64,000 nucleotides of DNA from the NCBI RefSeq assembly GCF_044704955.1, contig NC_091995.1, positions 17,980,001 to 18,044,000 on the forward strand. The letters are read 5' to 3'. Made by a program: the position numbers and the translations under genes. Below, one piece after another: positions 25,432 through 37,632 of this stretch; the first letter of the stretch is position 1; each line of letters starts with the position of its first letter. The DNA comes from Pristiophorus japonicus (taxonomy: Eukaryota). A model generated the notes under the pieces. The model ran no database searches and was not told where the DNA came from. It saw nothing but the letters and a program-made list of their open reading frames with translations.

Positions 25432-26940
25432 ATTGGCCATGGATGTCGTCCCAGTTCCAGCGTATCTTTCCCAGCCAGCTTAAGCGTATCTTTCCCAGCC
25501 AGCTCCTCCCAAGCAGCATGGGACCATCGCCTGGTACCACCCAGAGTGGTAGTTTGTGCACCGCTCCATCATAGGAGACCTTTACGGTAGCACTGCCGAT
25601 TACAGGAATCAGTTATTTTGTGTAAGTTCTTAGTTTCGTGCGAATTGGAGTTAAGACTGGCCTTGAGGCCTTGTTGCACCACAACCTTTCGAAAGTCTTT
25701 TTGCCCATGGTGGAATGGCTCGTGCCCGTGTCCAGTTCCATTCACACTGGGAGTCCATTTAGTTCAACATTCATCATTACCGGGGGACAATTCGTGGTGA
25801 ATGTGTGCATCCCATGTGGCTGTGTCTGAGGATCTGGTTCATCGTGATCCTCCATGGATCTGTCCTCCTCTGCAACATGGTAGTTTGCAAGTTTAATAGG
25901 CCTAGCAGCTGGCCTGCACAATTGTTGGAGGTGTCCCATTGTTCCACAGCCCTTGCAAACGTACTCTTTGAATTGGCATGAATGCAATGATGATCCCCCG
26001 CAGCACCAACAAGGTGTTAATGGCCTTGCATTCATCACCCTTGATAGTGGACTCTGAGACATCTGCAGACGTGCAGCTGTAGGCATGTGTAACCTGCCCT
26101 GTATGTTACAATTTGGAAGCAACCTCACTTTGTTCACAATACTTGTAGCAGCATTTGTGTGCTGAATGATTTGCTTCGTATTATCAATGGTGGCAATGAA
26201 CGCCTGGGCTATGGCTATGGCCTAACTCAAGGTTGGGGTCTCGACAGTCAAAAGTTTGTGAAGTATGGTTTTTTGGCCAATGCCAAGTATGGAAAAGTCT
26301 CTGAGCATGTGCTCCAAATGTCCTTCAAATTCGCAATGTCCTGCAAGGCGTGTTAGCTTGACAACATAACTCACCACTTCCTGGCCTTCAGACCTTTTTT
26401 AGGTGTAGAACCGGTAACTCGCCATCAGACCGCTTTCCTTCGGGTTCAAATGCTCTCGGATCAGTATGTACAAATCGTCGTATGATTTCTCCATGGGTTT
26501 CCCTGGAGCGCGCAGATTCTTCATGAGACCATACGTTGGTGCCCCACAGAAGGTGAGGAGGATCGCCCTTCATTTGGCAGCACTCTCTTCCCCAGCTAAC
26601 TCATTGGCCATGAAGTATTGGTCGAGTCTCTCCACAAAGGTTTCCCAATCATCTCCCTCTGAGACTTTCTCCAGGATGCTCACTGTTCTCTGCATCTTTG
26701 CGTTCGCTATCTGTAACTCATCACCAGCTGTTGTATATGGAGAAAGACTCAGACTGAACACTGTGTGCTCAAAGTAAAGTGTGATCTTAGTCTTTTATTG
26801 CAGGTCTCCAGAGTGCCTCTCCAACCTGTGAAGCCTCCTTAAATACCTCTGCTTCCAAGGGATTGTGGGATCCCTTGGGACTCCCGGGGATGAGCCCTCT
26901 GGTGGTTGTACAGAGTAAATACAAGTTTACATATATAACA
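25432..26940 (-). mobile_element. Ty3/Gypsy LTR retrotransposon 5' fragment: LTR 26729-26940, decayed PBS, gag with zinc knuckles, protease
   Basis: TG...CA LTR of 212 bp followed by tggtgatgag (TGGCGACGAG-like PBS). DDWETFVERLDQYF, CKGCGTMGHLQQLC, ELDTG, LLGRSWL. A 24-nt tandem duplication lies at ~25459-25504. Confidence 0.85.
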
Positions 26941-27630
26941 GATAGTATGCAAGTACAGCAAGTGATCAGGAAGGCCAATGGAATCTTGACCTTTATTGCA
27001 AAGGCGATGGAGTATAAAAGCAGGGAAGTCTTGCTTCAACTAAACAGCGTAATGGTGAGGCCACACCTGGAATATTGTGTGCAGTTTTGTTTTCCACATT
27101 CACGAAGGGATGTACTTGCTTTGGTGGCAGTTCAGAGAAGGTTCACTAGGCTGATTCTGGAGATGAGGGGATTGGCTTATGAGCAAAAGTTGAGTAGGTT
27201 GGGCCTCTACTCATTGGATTCCAGAAGAATGAGAGGTGATCTTATCGAACGTATGAGATTATGAGGGGGCTTGACAAGGTGGATGCAGAGAGGATGTTTC
27301 CACCCACTGATGGGGGAGACTAGGACTAGAGGGCATATTCTTAGAATAAGGGGCCACACATTCAAATCTGAGATGAGGAAAATGTATTTTCTCAGAGGGT
27401 TGTAAATCTGTGGAATTCGCTGCCTCAGAGAGCTGTGAAAGCTGGGACTTTGAATAAATTTTTAATACAGAAATAGCCAGTTTCTTAAACAATATGGGGA
27501 TAAGAAGTTATGGGGAGCGGACAGGGACGTGGACCTGAGTCCATGATCGGATTAGCCATAATCTTATTACATGGGGGTGCAGACTCGAGGGTCCATATGG
27601 CCTACGCCTGCTCCTTATGTTCTTATGTAA
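26941..27630 (+). mobile_element. CR1 LINE 3' fragment
   Basis: [11 protein letters not shown]...RMRGDLIE and 3' tail. Confidence 0.9.
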
Positions 27631-27975
27631 TGTGGGAAACGCGGCAGCCAATTTGCGCAGAACAAGCTCCCATAAACATTAATGCAATAATGACCAGATA
27701 ATCTGTTTTTGTTCTGTTGATTGAGTGATAAATATTGGCCAGGACACCGGGATAGCTCCCGTGCTCTTCAAAATAGTTCCATGCGACCATTTACGTCCAC
27801 CTGAGAGAGCAGACGACCTCTGTTCAACATCTGATTCGACCGATGGCAACTCCGACAGTACAGCACTCTCCTGGAGTGTCAGCGTAGATTAATGTTCTCA
27901 AGTCCTTGAAGTGGGACTTGAACCCAAAATTTTCTGACTCAGAGGAAAGCGTGCTACCCACTGAGCCACAGCTGA
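27630..27975 (-). mobile_element. DeuSINE (SacSINE1-like) with tRNA-derived head
   Basis: Head gtggctcagtgggtagc...gggttcaagtccc (pol III A/B boxes) followed by Deu-like core. Confidence 0.75.
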
Positions 27976-27989
27976 TTTCAGGAGCACAT

Positions 27990-29040
27990 ACAGAGACTGG
28001 TGAAATGGGCAGACACAAGGCAGATGCAATTTAATGTGGAGAAGTGTGAAGCGATGCACTTTTGGAGGAGCAACATGCAGAGACAGTATAAACTAAATAG
28101 TAATATTTTGAGGGGGTGCACGAAGGGAGGGACATGAGTGTGCATAATCACAAGTAATTGAAGTTCCAAATTACAAGCCAACCTGACTTGGAAATATATC
28201 GCTGGTCCTTCATCGTCGCTGGGTCAAGATCCTGGAACTCCCTCCCGAACGGCACTGCGGGAGTACCTTTACCACACGGACTGCAGCGGTTCAAGAACAT
28301 GGCTGACCACCAGCTTCACAAGAGAAAGTAGGGATGGGCAATAAATGTTGGCCTTTCCAGCGAGGCCTACATCCCGGAATGAATGAAAATAAATTTGAAG
28401 GTGGCAGGGCAAGTTGACAAGGCAGTTAAGAAAACGTATAGGATATTGACTTTGTTAACACGGGCATTATATACAAAAACATGGAAGTCATGCTAAGCCA
28501 TTACTAATCATTGGTTTGGCCTTTGCTGGTATATTGTGTACAATTCTGGCCAACACACTTTAGAAAGGATGAGGGCACAGAGGAGATTTATGCGGAAGAT
28601 AAAGGGAGGAGGAAGTTCAGATATGTGGAGAGATTGGAGAAGCTGTGACTGTTCTCCTTCGAGCAGAGAAGGTTACGGGGAGACCTAATAGCGGCATTCA
28701 AAATAAAAGAAGTTTTGACAGAGCAAGTAGGGAGAAGCTATATCCTCTGGCAAGTGGGTCGGTAACAGAGGTCAGAGATTTAAAATAACTGGCAAAAAAA
28801 CTAGTGGGTAACTTAGGAAAAATTTCGTCAAACAGGGTGTTATTAGAATCTGGAATGCATTACTTAAATCTGCTGTGGAAGCAGATATCGCAGTAAAGTT
28901 CAAAAGATAACTGGAAATGTATTTGGTTATTTGCAGGGTTACGGGGGGAAAGCCAGTTAATGTGACTAACTGGACAGCTCTTTCAAAGAGCCAACACAGG
29001 CACGACCGGCCACACGGCCTCCTTCTGTGCTGTAAGCTTC
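27990..29040 (+). mobile_element. Old CR1 LINE 3' part with family-B insertion (~28180-28390)
   Basis: W.M.FNV.KC..MHF remnant and later CR1 motifs. Confidence 0.7.
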
Positions 29041-29989
29041 TGCCGCCTGAGCCTTAACCATACCCCGGACAGAGCGCAAGAAGGAAATCTGGCTGGGAAG
29101 ATTCCACACTCCTTCCAGCTGCCCTACTGGAAGAACTCCCCCTTCAACCATATTCAGAAATACAACAGCAACTTGGATTTATATAGCGCCTTTCATGAAC
29201 ACCGGATATCTCAAAGCGCGTTACATCCAAGGAAGTACTTATGGAGTGTAGTCACTGTTGTAATGCTAAAACCTACCACGTAGACCAAGCTTGTGGTCAG
29301 TTGCCTAATTTCTCCTTATGTGGCTCGGTGTCAAATTTTAGTAATCTCATAACACTCCTGTGAAGCATCTTGGGATATTTCACTACGTTTAAGGCGCTGT
29401 ATAAATACAAGTTGTTGGTGTTGTTGTATTTCTGAACACGGTTGAAGGGCGAGTTCTTCCAGTGGGGCAGAGGTCCCACGATTGGCGTAGAATCCATTTT
29501 ACGGTTTTCTTACCAATGGCCAACGAGGTTGGAAATAAATTCTGAGCAACTACAGCCTCTGGATTGACATTTGAGCCGCGCAGGTGTAATCCTGGACCCC
29601 CCTCCCTAACCGCACTGTAGGAGTACCTTCACCACACGGGACTGCAGTGGTTAAAGGCGGCGGCTCACCACCATCTTCTCAAGGGCTATCGGGGATAGGC
29701 AATAAATGCTGGGCCATGCCCACATCCTATTAATTAATTTAAAAATAATTGCACAGAGATTGCTTGTTGCTAGGCAGAACCTAGCTCTAGAACTGTCGGC
29801 GTAACTTGGCTTCACCATATTTCTCACCGTTCCATAGAGAAACGCGTCTGAAAGAACGTAGTGTGAGAACTTTTAATGGAGAAACTATAGTTAGTCAAAA
29901 GGCGCCAGGCATAATAAACGGTGAGAGATTGATGGTCAGACTCTGGAAAAGGGAAAACGTTGAAATTATGTTTACGAAAATGAAATCGT

Positions 29990-30430
29990 ATCAACTAAAT
30001 CATTCGACGATCAATAAAATAATCCTCAATAAGTAAATCAGTCTTTGGTCTGTCGATTAATCTGTCTCTCTATCTATGAATTAGTTAACCAATAAGTGAA
30101 TTATTCAATTGACCAATCGAGAGATTTGCAGTTAATCAACCAATCGATTCATCTAGCGATCAGTTGACTGATCAGTAAATCAAGCAATGGATTCTCAAAC
30201 AATTGGACAATTGCAAATCGATTATTTGGTTGATCAAGTGATCGATTAACAGTGAAGTAATCAATTGGTTTCAGTCAATGAATCATCTTACACTAATTAT
30301 TTGAAAAATGAATCGCTAATTAATCTTAAACCAATCAAACAATTTTCAATCCTCAGATGCTCCAAACTTCAGTCTCCGAATCAATCACCAATCAGTCATT
30401 CAATCAATCCTTCAATCAATTAGCGAATCA
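29990..30430. repeat. Degenerate (AATC/AATT/GATT)n low-complexity repeat
   Basis: Recurrent aatc/gatt/caat tetramers. A degenerate (AATAC)n tract lies at ~19960-20170. Confidence 0.6.
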
Positions 30431-32187
30431 GCGAGCCAGCAAATAGCTTAGTGGGTGAATGAATGTTACATGAATTAGATACCGGATAGGGAGGAGCGAT
30501 GCTGTGGGTGCCACAGTCTAAGACAAGACAATTGCCCCCACCCCCACCCCCTACCCCGCTTGAGTTGGTCAATGTCCCATTATTAAAACCGCCAGTACAT
30601 TGTTGCCAATAATTACTCCATAACATTACTAGTTTGGATTATTACCGGTATATTTTACATGAACATTCTAGTGAATAATTGATTGAAAACTCCACCACAT
30701 TGTTGCATTCCCGCATTTTCTTCTTTAGAAAAGAAAGACTTGCATTTCTATAGGATGCACCTATTTGTACTGCAAAAATGGCCACCATGCTCATTTATCT
30801 ATGATTGGTCCCCTTGGATAATAAGCCACACCCTGAAGTTTCACAGGAATGTGTAACTGGAACCGCCCATGCCAAGGTCTCACTGATTTTGCAAATTGTA
30901 ACTCGATCCACTTTGACTTCCTGAAGTGAGAGAGGACAGATCTCCCCAGAAGACAGCAAGGGTCAGCCAGGTGGAGGGAGAGAGCTTGAGGGGGGGAGAG
31001 AGCTTGAGTGGGGAGAGAGAGTGGGAGAGAGAACTTGGGGGTGCAGAGAGAGAGCCTGGGGAGCGTGTAGAGAGAGAGAGAGAGAGCTTGGGAGGCGGAG
31101 ACACAGCCTTCGAGGGTGGTGGGAGAATAGAGAGCTTTGGGAGTTGGGAGAGAGCTTCCGGGGGCGGGGAGGGGGAGAGAAAGAGAGAGAGAGAGAGCTT
31201 TGGGGGAGGGGGAGAGAGCTTTGTGGGGGGGGGAAGAGCTTGCCGGGTGAGAGCCTGGTGGTGGTGGGGGGAAGAGACAGAGAGGGGGCTTGGGAGGGCG
31301 GGAGAGAGAACTTGGCGGGGGGCGAGAGAGGGAGGGAGAGCTTAGGGGGAGGGAGAGAGAAAGCTTGAGGGGAGGAGAGAGAGAGAGACCTTCGGGGGGG
31401 GGGCGGGGTGGGAGACAGCCTCGGGGGTGGTGGGAGAGAGAAAGATCTTGGGGGGGAGAGAGTTTGGTGGGCAATGGAAGAGAGGGCTTGGGGGGGGCAG
31501 AGAGAGAATGCTTGGGGCGGGAGAGAGAGAGAGAGAGCTTGGGCCGGGGGAGAGAGAGAGAGAGCTTGGGCGGGGGAGAGAGAGAGGGAGAGCTTGTAGG
31601 GGTGGGGGAGGGGGGGTGGAGGGAGAGAGCTTGGGGGAGAGAGAGAGGGAGCTTGGGGAGGAGAGAGAGAGAGAGAGAGCTTGGGGGGGAGAGAGAGCTC
31701 GAGGGGTGGGAAGAGAGAGTTGAGGGCGAGGGAGAGAGAGAATGAGAGTTTGGAGGGGGGAGAGAGAGTTCGGGAGGGTGAGAGAGAGAATGAGTTTGGG
31801 GTTGAGAGTGTGCTTCGGGGGAGAGAAAGCTTGGGGTAGGAGAGAGAAAGAGATAGAGAGGGCTTGGAAGGGGGTGGGAGAGAGAGTTTTGGGGAAGAAA
31901 TAGAGAGAGAGAGAGAGAGCTTGGGGGCAGGCTTGAGAGAGAGCTTGGGTGCACAGAGAGAGAGCTTGGAGGTGGGGGAACAGAGACCATGGGGGTTGGA
32001 GAGAGAGAGCTTGGGAGGTGGTGGGAGAAAGAGATGGGGAGGAGAGAGAGAGCTTGCAGGCGGAGAGAAAGAAAGAGAGCTTGGGGGGCGGGGGAGAGGG
32101 AAGAGAGTTTGTGGCGGGGGAGGGAGCTCGGGGGGAGAGAGAGAGAGAGTTTGCGGGGGGTGAGAGAGTTCAGAGTTTGTGGCGGCA

Positions 32188-33636
32188 ACATAGAAACATA
32201 GAACATAGAAAATAGGTGCAGGAGTAGGCCATTCGGCCCTTCGACCCTGCACCGCCATTCAATGAGTTCATGGCTGAACATTCAACTTCAGTACCCCATT
32301 CCTGCTTTCGCGCCATACCCCTTGATCCCCCTAGTAGTAAGGACCTCATCTAACTCCTTTTTAAATATATTTAGTGAATTAGCCTCAACAACTTTCTGTG
32401 GTAGAGAATTCCACAGGTTAACAACTCTCTGAGTGAAGAAGTTTCTCCTCATCTCAGTCCTAAATGGCCTACCCCTTATCCTCAGACTGTCCCCTGGTTC
32501 TGGACTTCCCCAACATTGGGAACATTCTTCCTGCATCTAACCTGTCTAACCCCGTCAGAATTTTAAATGTTTCTATGAGGTCCCCTCTCATTCTTCTGAA
32601 CTCCAGTGAATACAAGCCCAGTTGATCCAGTCTTTCTTGATAGGTCAGTCCCGCCATCCCGGGAATCAGTGAGGTTATCCACTTTGGTGGTAAAAACAGA
32701 GAGACAGACTATTATCTGAATGGTGACAGATTAGGAAAAGGGGAGGTGCAAAGAGACCTGGGTGTCATGGTACATCAGTCATTGAAGGTTGGCATGCAGG
32801 TGCAGCAGGCGGTTAAGAAAGCAAATGGCATGTTGGCCTTCATAGCAAGGGGATTTGAGTACAGGGGCAGGGAGGTGTTGCTACAGTTGTACAGGGCATT
32901 GGTGAGGCCACACCTGGAGTATTGTGTACAGTTTTGGTCTCCTAACCTGAGGAAGGACATTCTTGCTATTGAGGGAGTGCAGCGAAGGTTCACCAGACTG
33001 ATTCCCGGGATGGCGGGACTGACCTATCAAGAAAGACTGGATCAACTGGGCTTGTATTCACTGGAGTTCAGAAGAATGAGAGGGGACCTCATAGAAACAT
33101 ATAAAATTCTGACGGGGTTAGACAGGTTAGATGCAGGAAGAATGTTCCCAATGTTGGGGAAGTCCAGAACCAGGGGTCACAGTCTAAGGATAAGGGGTAA
33201 GCCATTTAGGACCGAGATGCGGAGGAACTTCTTCACCCAGAGAGTGGTGAACCTGTGGAATTCTCTACCACAGAAAGTTGTTGAGGCCAATTCACTAAAT
33301 ATATTCAAAAAGGAGTTAGATGAGGTCCTTACTGCTAGGGGGATCAAGGGGTATGGCGAGAAAGCAGGAATGGGGTACTGAAGTTGAATGTTCAGCCATG
33401 AACTCATTGAATGGCGGTGCAGGCTAGAAGGGCCGAATGGCCTACTCCTGCACCTATTTTCTATGTTTCTATGTTTCTATGTTTCTATCAGTCTGGTATA
33501 CCTTCGCTGCACTCCCTCAATAGCAAGAATGTCCTTCCTCAGGTTAGGAGACCAAAACTGTACACAATACTCCAGGTGTGGCCTCACCAATGCCCTGTAC
33601 AACTGTAGCAACACCTCCCTGCCCCTGTACTCAAAT
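32188..33636. mobile_element. Young CR1 (minus; 32188-32670 plus 33487-33636) with a same-family CR1 (plus; 32671-33486) inserted in the opposite orientation
   Basis: TSD ATCAGT at 32665-32670 and 33487-33492. The inner copy has an open 211-aa ORF2 C-terminus. (tttctatg)n tails. Confidence 0.9.
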
Positions 33637-34609
33637 GAGAGACAGAGAGAGAGCTTAAGTTGGGGGAGAGTGTGGTAGCTTGGTGTGGGGGAGGGAGAGA
33701 GACGGGTTGGAGAGGGAGAGGGAGCTTGGGGAGGGGGAGAGGGAGCTCGGGGAGAGGGAGGGGGAGCTTGGGGGAGAGAGAGGGAGAGCCCGGGGTGTGG
33801 AGAGAGAGAGTGCTTGCGCGAGGGGAAGAGAGAGAGATAGAGAGAGCTTGTGGGGGAAGAGAGAGAGAGAGCTTGGGGGGGTCGGTGGGGGCTGGAGGAG
33901 AGAGTGAGCTTGTGGGTAGGAGAGAGTGAGAGAGAGAACATGGGGTGGGGGGGTGGTGAGAGAGAGCGAGCAAGCTTGGGGTTGTGGAGAGAGAGAGACA
34001 GTGCTTGGGGGGGGGGGGCGGAGAGAGACAGCCTCGGGGATGGTGGGAGAGAGAAAGAGCTTGGTGGTTGGGAGAGAGCTTCGCAGGGGGAAGAGAGAGC
34101 TTGGGGGATTGGAAGAGAGTCTGGGGGCTGGAGATTGAGAGCTTTAAGGGGGAGAGACCTTGGGGGGGGAGAGAGAGCGAGAACCTGGGGATGGGGGGGG
34201 AGGAGGAGAGAGAAAGAGAGGGCTTAGGAAGGGGGGAGGGAGAATGGGGGGAGAGAGAGAGCCTGGGGGTGGGGTGGGGGGAGGGGGAGTGGAGCGGGAG
34301 CTTGGGGGGGTGGAGAGGGAGCTTGGAGGAGAGAGCGAGTGAGAGCATGGGTGGGGGGGAGAGGAAGCTTGGGGTTCGTGGGAGAGAGGAGGGGAGAGTT
34401 TGGTGGGGGGGTTGAGAGGGCTTGGAGGGTGGGGGGAGAGAGAGAGAGATTGGGGGGAGAGAGAGCGTGCGGGTCAGAAGAGAGAGTTGGGGGGCAAGGG
34501 AGTGAGAGAGGGAATGATTGGGGGGAGAGTGGGCTTGGGGGGGAGAGAGAGAGAGCTTGCAGGAATGTGAGACCGAACTTGGGGGGACAGAGAGATAGAG
34601 TTTGGGGCA

Positions 34610-35279
34610 TGTTAGCGTTAGTGTTTTCTTAGAAGAATCACTCAACACTCAGGGTCAGTTCCAATGCTGAAGCAGCTTTTATTACGCTCAGCGGGAAGGA
34701 AAAACTCAGGACCGTATCCAGGTTTCTCTTCACAGAACAAAGAGTTACATGTACCTTTATATGTTTCACAACAGTTACAACACAGTTTACTGCAGCTACA
34801 CAGCCCATCACGGCTGGACACAAGCCAATCACAATGATTATAGATTACATATAGGTTATTTTAACCCAATAGAATTCCCCTTATGTCTCAGGAACCATGT
34901 GTTCGTCTTTTGTCAGCTTGGGCTGATTGATATAGGTTCTCTCACTAGTTCTTTCTTCTTGGAGAAATAATTGGTATATAGCCTTGTTTACAGCAAATGG
35001 TTTCCCTCTTATCTTTCTTCCTGAAATAATTGGTTTCATGGCCTTGTTCACAGGAGATGGTTTCCTTCTTATCTCTGTCTTCCCAGGCATTCCTACAGTG
35101 GGCCTCACAGGGTTATTGCTCGGTCAGTGAACGTTCAACAGTTCACAGTTTGACTACCTGATTTCCCATAATGCCTGGGCAGCCATTTTATGTGTGTGTC
35201 CATTTAAGCTTATGTGAGTTTTAAATATCCAGCAGGTGCCTAATGCCTAAGTCTATATATATTTCTACTCTCTACAACA
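34610..35279 (-). repeat. 3' LTR
   Basis: Direct repeat of 40207-40876 (offset 5597). On the minus strand, TATAAA at 34761-34756 and AATAAA at 34683-34678. Confidence 0.95.
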
Positions 35280-35292
35280 ATTCCCCCCTTTC
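35280..35292 (-). other. Polypurine tract
   Basis: gaaaggggggaat immediately precedes the TG of the 3' LTR on the minus strand. Confidence 0.85.
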
Positions 35293-35418
35293 GGTAAAGG
35301 GACTAGTCCTAGTCCCCTTTTAACCGACCGTACTGCCTTTATCTGATATTTGTGCACTGCCCGGTACTCCTTGCCTCAACGTGCTGGCCAGTCACGCGGT
35401 TTCAGGAGTCCCGGTTGC

Positions 35419-37522
35419 TTAGATCAAATTAACAAAGGCTAGCTCCTCCCGTCCCCTTATCAAACAGGCTTGTTTAATATCCAGGGAATGGTGATTGGTC
35501 CGTTTCCGCCGTTTGTGGCGCCTGCATACCTGGCAGGCCATCACGCCCCATGTTATTGCTAAGATTAATTGTATTCCGACCAGTGTGTGTGAAATAATTC
35601 GAATCCATGGGTGGATGTTCACATTTATTCCCCAGTCCCAGACCTTTCTCCACCAACTCTGACTTTGTAAGTCTACCTCGGTATCTTCTTTGATTTTAGT
35701 TTGTAGCTGGTGATAGAGTTTTACAGATTGACCCACTCTGAGCCTCAACTCCCGTAATACTTCGGTTAGATGTGGGATAGGGACCTGCTCTGGCTCGTCA
35801 TAATCCTGCAAATGATCATGGAGCTGATCAGTTACTTCAATAACTTCGGACTTCCGGCGCCTAACCTGGGTGATATGCGATTGCCCGATCGTGACAGGTC
35901 GTAGTGGTGTAAAGCAAAAGTTTGGCTGCGGTATAGGGCACTGCAGGTCATTATACTGGTATGAACGCTCAGTAGTAGAGACGCAGTATCTTCCCCTCCC
36001 TCCGTAGCCTGCCCTCGCGAAGTGCATGTGTGCGGGCACTATTTCTAGTACACACCCGTTGGTTCGGTTAAACCCGCACTCGTCTAGTTCCCCTCGGCCC
36101 ACCGGGTGAGGGCATACTGTGATTTCCCCCCTTTGCTTGCAATCTGCTAGGGAAATCCCAGTAAGTATGTTGTTTCGACGAACGGCAGAGGTGGTGGTTA
36201 GGTAGTAGCGTATGGAGACATTTTCCCGTATTACTCCGATATTCTCTAGTTGGTATAAGGGGAACGGCCCTGAGTCCGGCGTTGCTATGGGGATCAACAG
36301 GACTATCCCTATCCCGGTAGTCCTACCCATCTGGCAATCTGGAATTGCGGGGTATACTCGGGTCAGTCCCTTCAGAGTACAATTATCCAGTGTCCCCCTT
36401 TGGTTCGCCAACTGAGCCAAATGTGAACTGTCTATCCAATCGGGTACTTCCCCGCGTTGGATCTGGTCGAGGTTGTGGCGGATCTGTCCCACCATCCACA
36501 GACCATAAGCATGACAGAGTTGCCCCTGTCTTTGCTTTATTGTATCTTCTTGTTCTCTATCAATGAGGTGATTGATGGTTTTAGCGTGAGCTTCCAGGAC
36601 TGAGATGCCATCCAACTGGATTTCGGCACCCTCCTTTCCTAGGTTGGCCTGGTCTTCCTGGTTTTGCTCCACCCTCTCCAATAACCCCTTCATCACCCCT
36701 TTAAGCTGTTCTACCCTCTCATTTAGCCCTTGTATGTCTATCGAGTTCACTACGGAGGTTCCTGTATTGAAAACGGTAGCAACATCATTTACTATTTCCC
36801 TCTTCACCCTGGGTGCTAACCCCTGTCCCCGGAACTTACTGGCACCCATGGCATCGGCAGCCTGCTGCATTACGACTTTACTTAATACATTGTACATCTT
36901 CCTTGACTGTTCGGTACAATATTCCGGCATCTGGATGCCTGAAATATTGATCAGAACAGGCACAATTTCATGTTTAACATTATCATACAATAATTCCCCT
37001 TCGTTGTACATTGCAATCCCATTTTCTGGTCCCTTAGTAGTTATGGGACAAGGCAGTTCTTCGGGCAATGTAGTGATTCTTATGGGGCGCGGTGTCGGAG
37101 GGGGTGAGAAACATACATACAATTATATTGCAGCCGCCCCCGCCTCCTCGTAATACCCACACAGCCCCATTCCCTTCTTGCGGATGACTGATTGCTGGGA
37201 TTGTCCCGGAGGCGCGCAAATTATGCCGAAAGTACATTCATCAGGCCCTTTGACATCCCTCCGTTTAATGCATCTGCTCCTTATACCCGTGGAGCACTGT
37301 ACACATACTCTTATTCTTATTAGGATTCTTATTAAAATAAGTCCTGTCCTTGCTCCAGTCCTTGGCTGCTGGGATGCACATTCCGTCCGTTAAATTAAAC
37401 AAGACTCCATAGTTCATATAGTTGTTTATTTCCAGCGTGCTCTGCTGTCCGTCGGTGTTGCCCAGGGTACGTGCCTGTCGCAGGGCTATCCATATTACGA
37501 GTAGCGCCGTTCGTATTCCCAT
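35419..37522 (-). CDS. env: Envelope / class I fusion glycoprotein. 567-codon open part 35419-37122; the N-terminus from ATG 37522 is separated from it by one frameshift (~37300-37340) and one TAA (37123-37125)
   Basis: Signal-peptide-like MGIRTALLVIWIALRQARTL, furin site RVKR (cut at 36799/36798), fusion-peptide-like segment and heptad repeat, Cys-rich ectodomain with N-glycosylation sequons, Trp-rich juxtamembrane region, TM helix and basic tail. Confidence 0.85.
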
Positions 37523-37610
37523 TCCGGTAAGTATTATCTGTAATTTTAAACAGACGGCCTGGTCGTCACCAGGGGTTAAGTTTTTTTGCTCTACGAGTGT
37601 CCCTGTCACC

Positions 37611-37632
37611 CTGCAAAATCAGAAGCACAAGG
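37611..37632 (-). promoter_or_regulatory. env splice acceptor
   Basis: ccttgtgcttctgattttgcag|G; the first downstream ATG is the signal-peptide ATG (ggaATGG). Confidence 0.7.

Noticed and set aside
27900-27975. tRNA gene
   Set aside because: This is the tRNA-derived head of a SINE, continuing into the SINE body. The tRNA-Ser match at 40188-40205 is likewise only the 18-nt PBS.
1-30000. Rearranging Ig/TCR V segments with RSS
   Set aside because: The V exons already include the J-like G strand and end in splice donors. Isolated CACAGTG/CACTGTG heptamers (e.g. ~200, ~17972, ~25005) lack a spaced nonamer and do not abut the exons.
34638-35108. Short ORFs duplicated at 34638-35108 and 40235-40705
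   Set aside because: Incidental ORFs inside the two LTRs; useful only as evidence of LTR identity.
36605-37153. 182-aa plus-strand ORF (also 10488-11120 and 39576-40055)
   Set aside because: Antisense to env, pol or the proviral leader, with no recognisable features. An antisense product cannot be strictly excluded.
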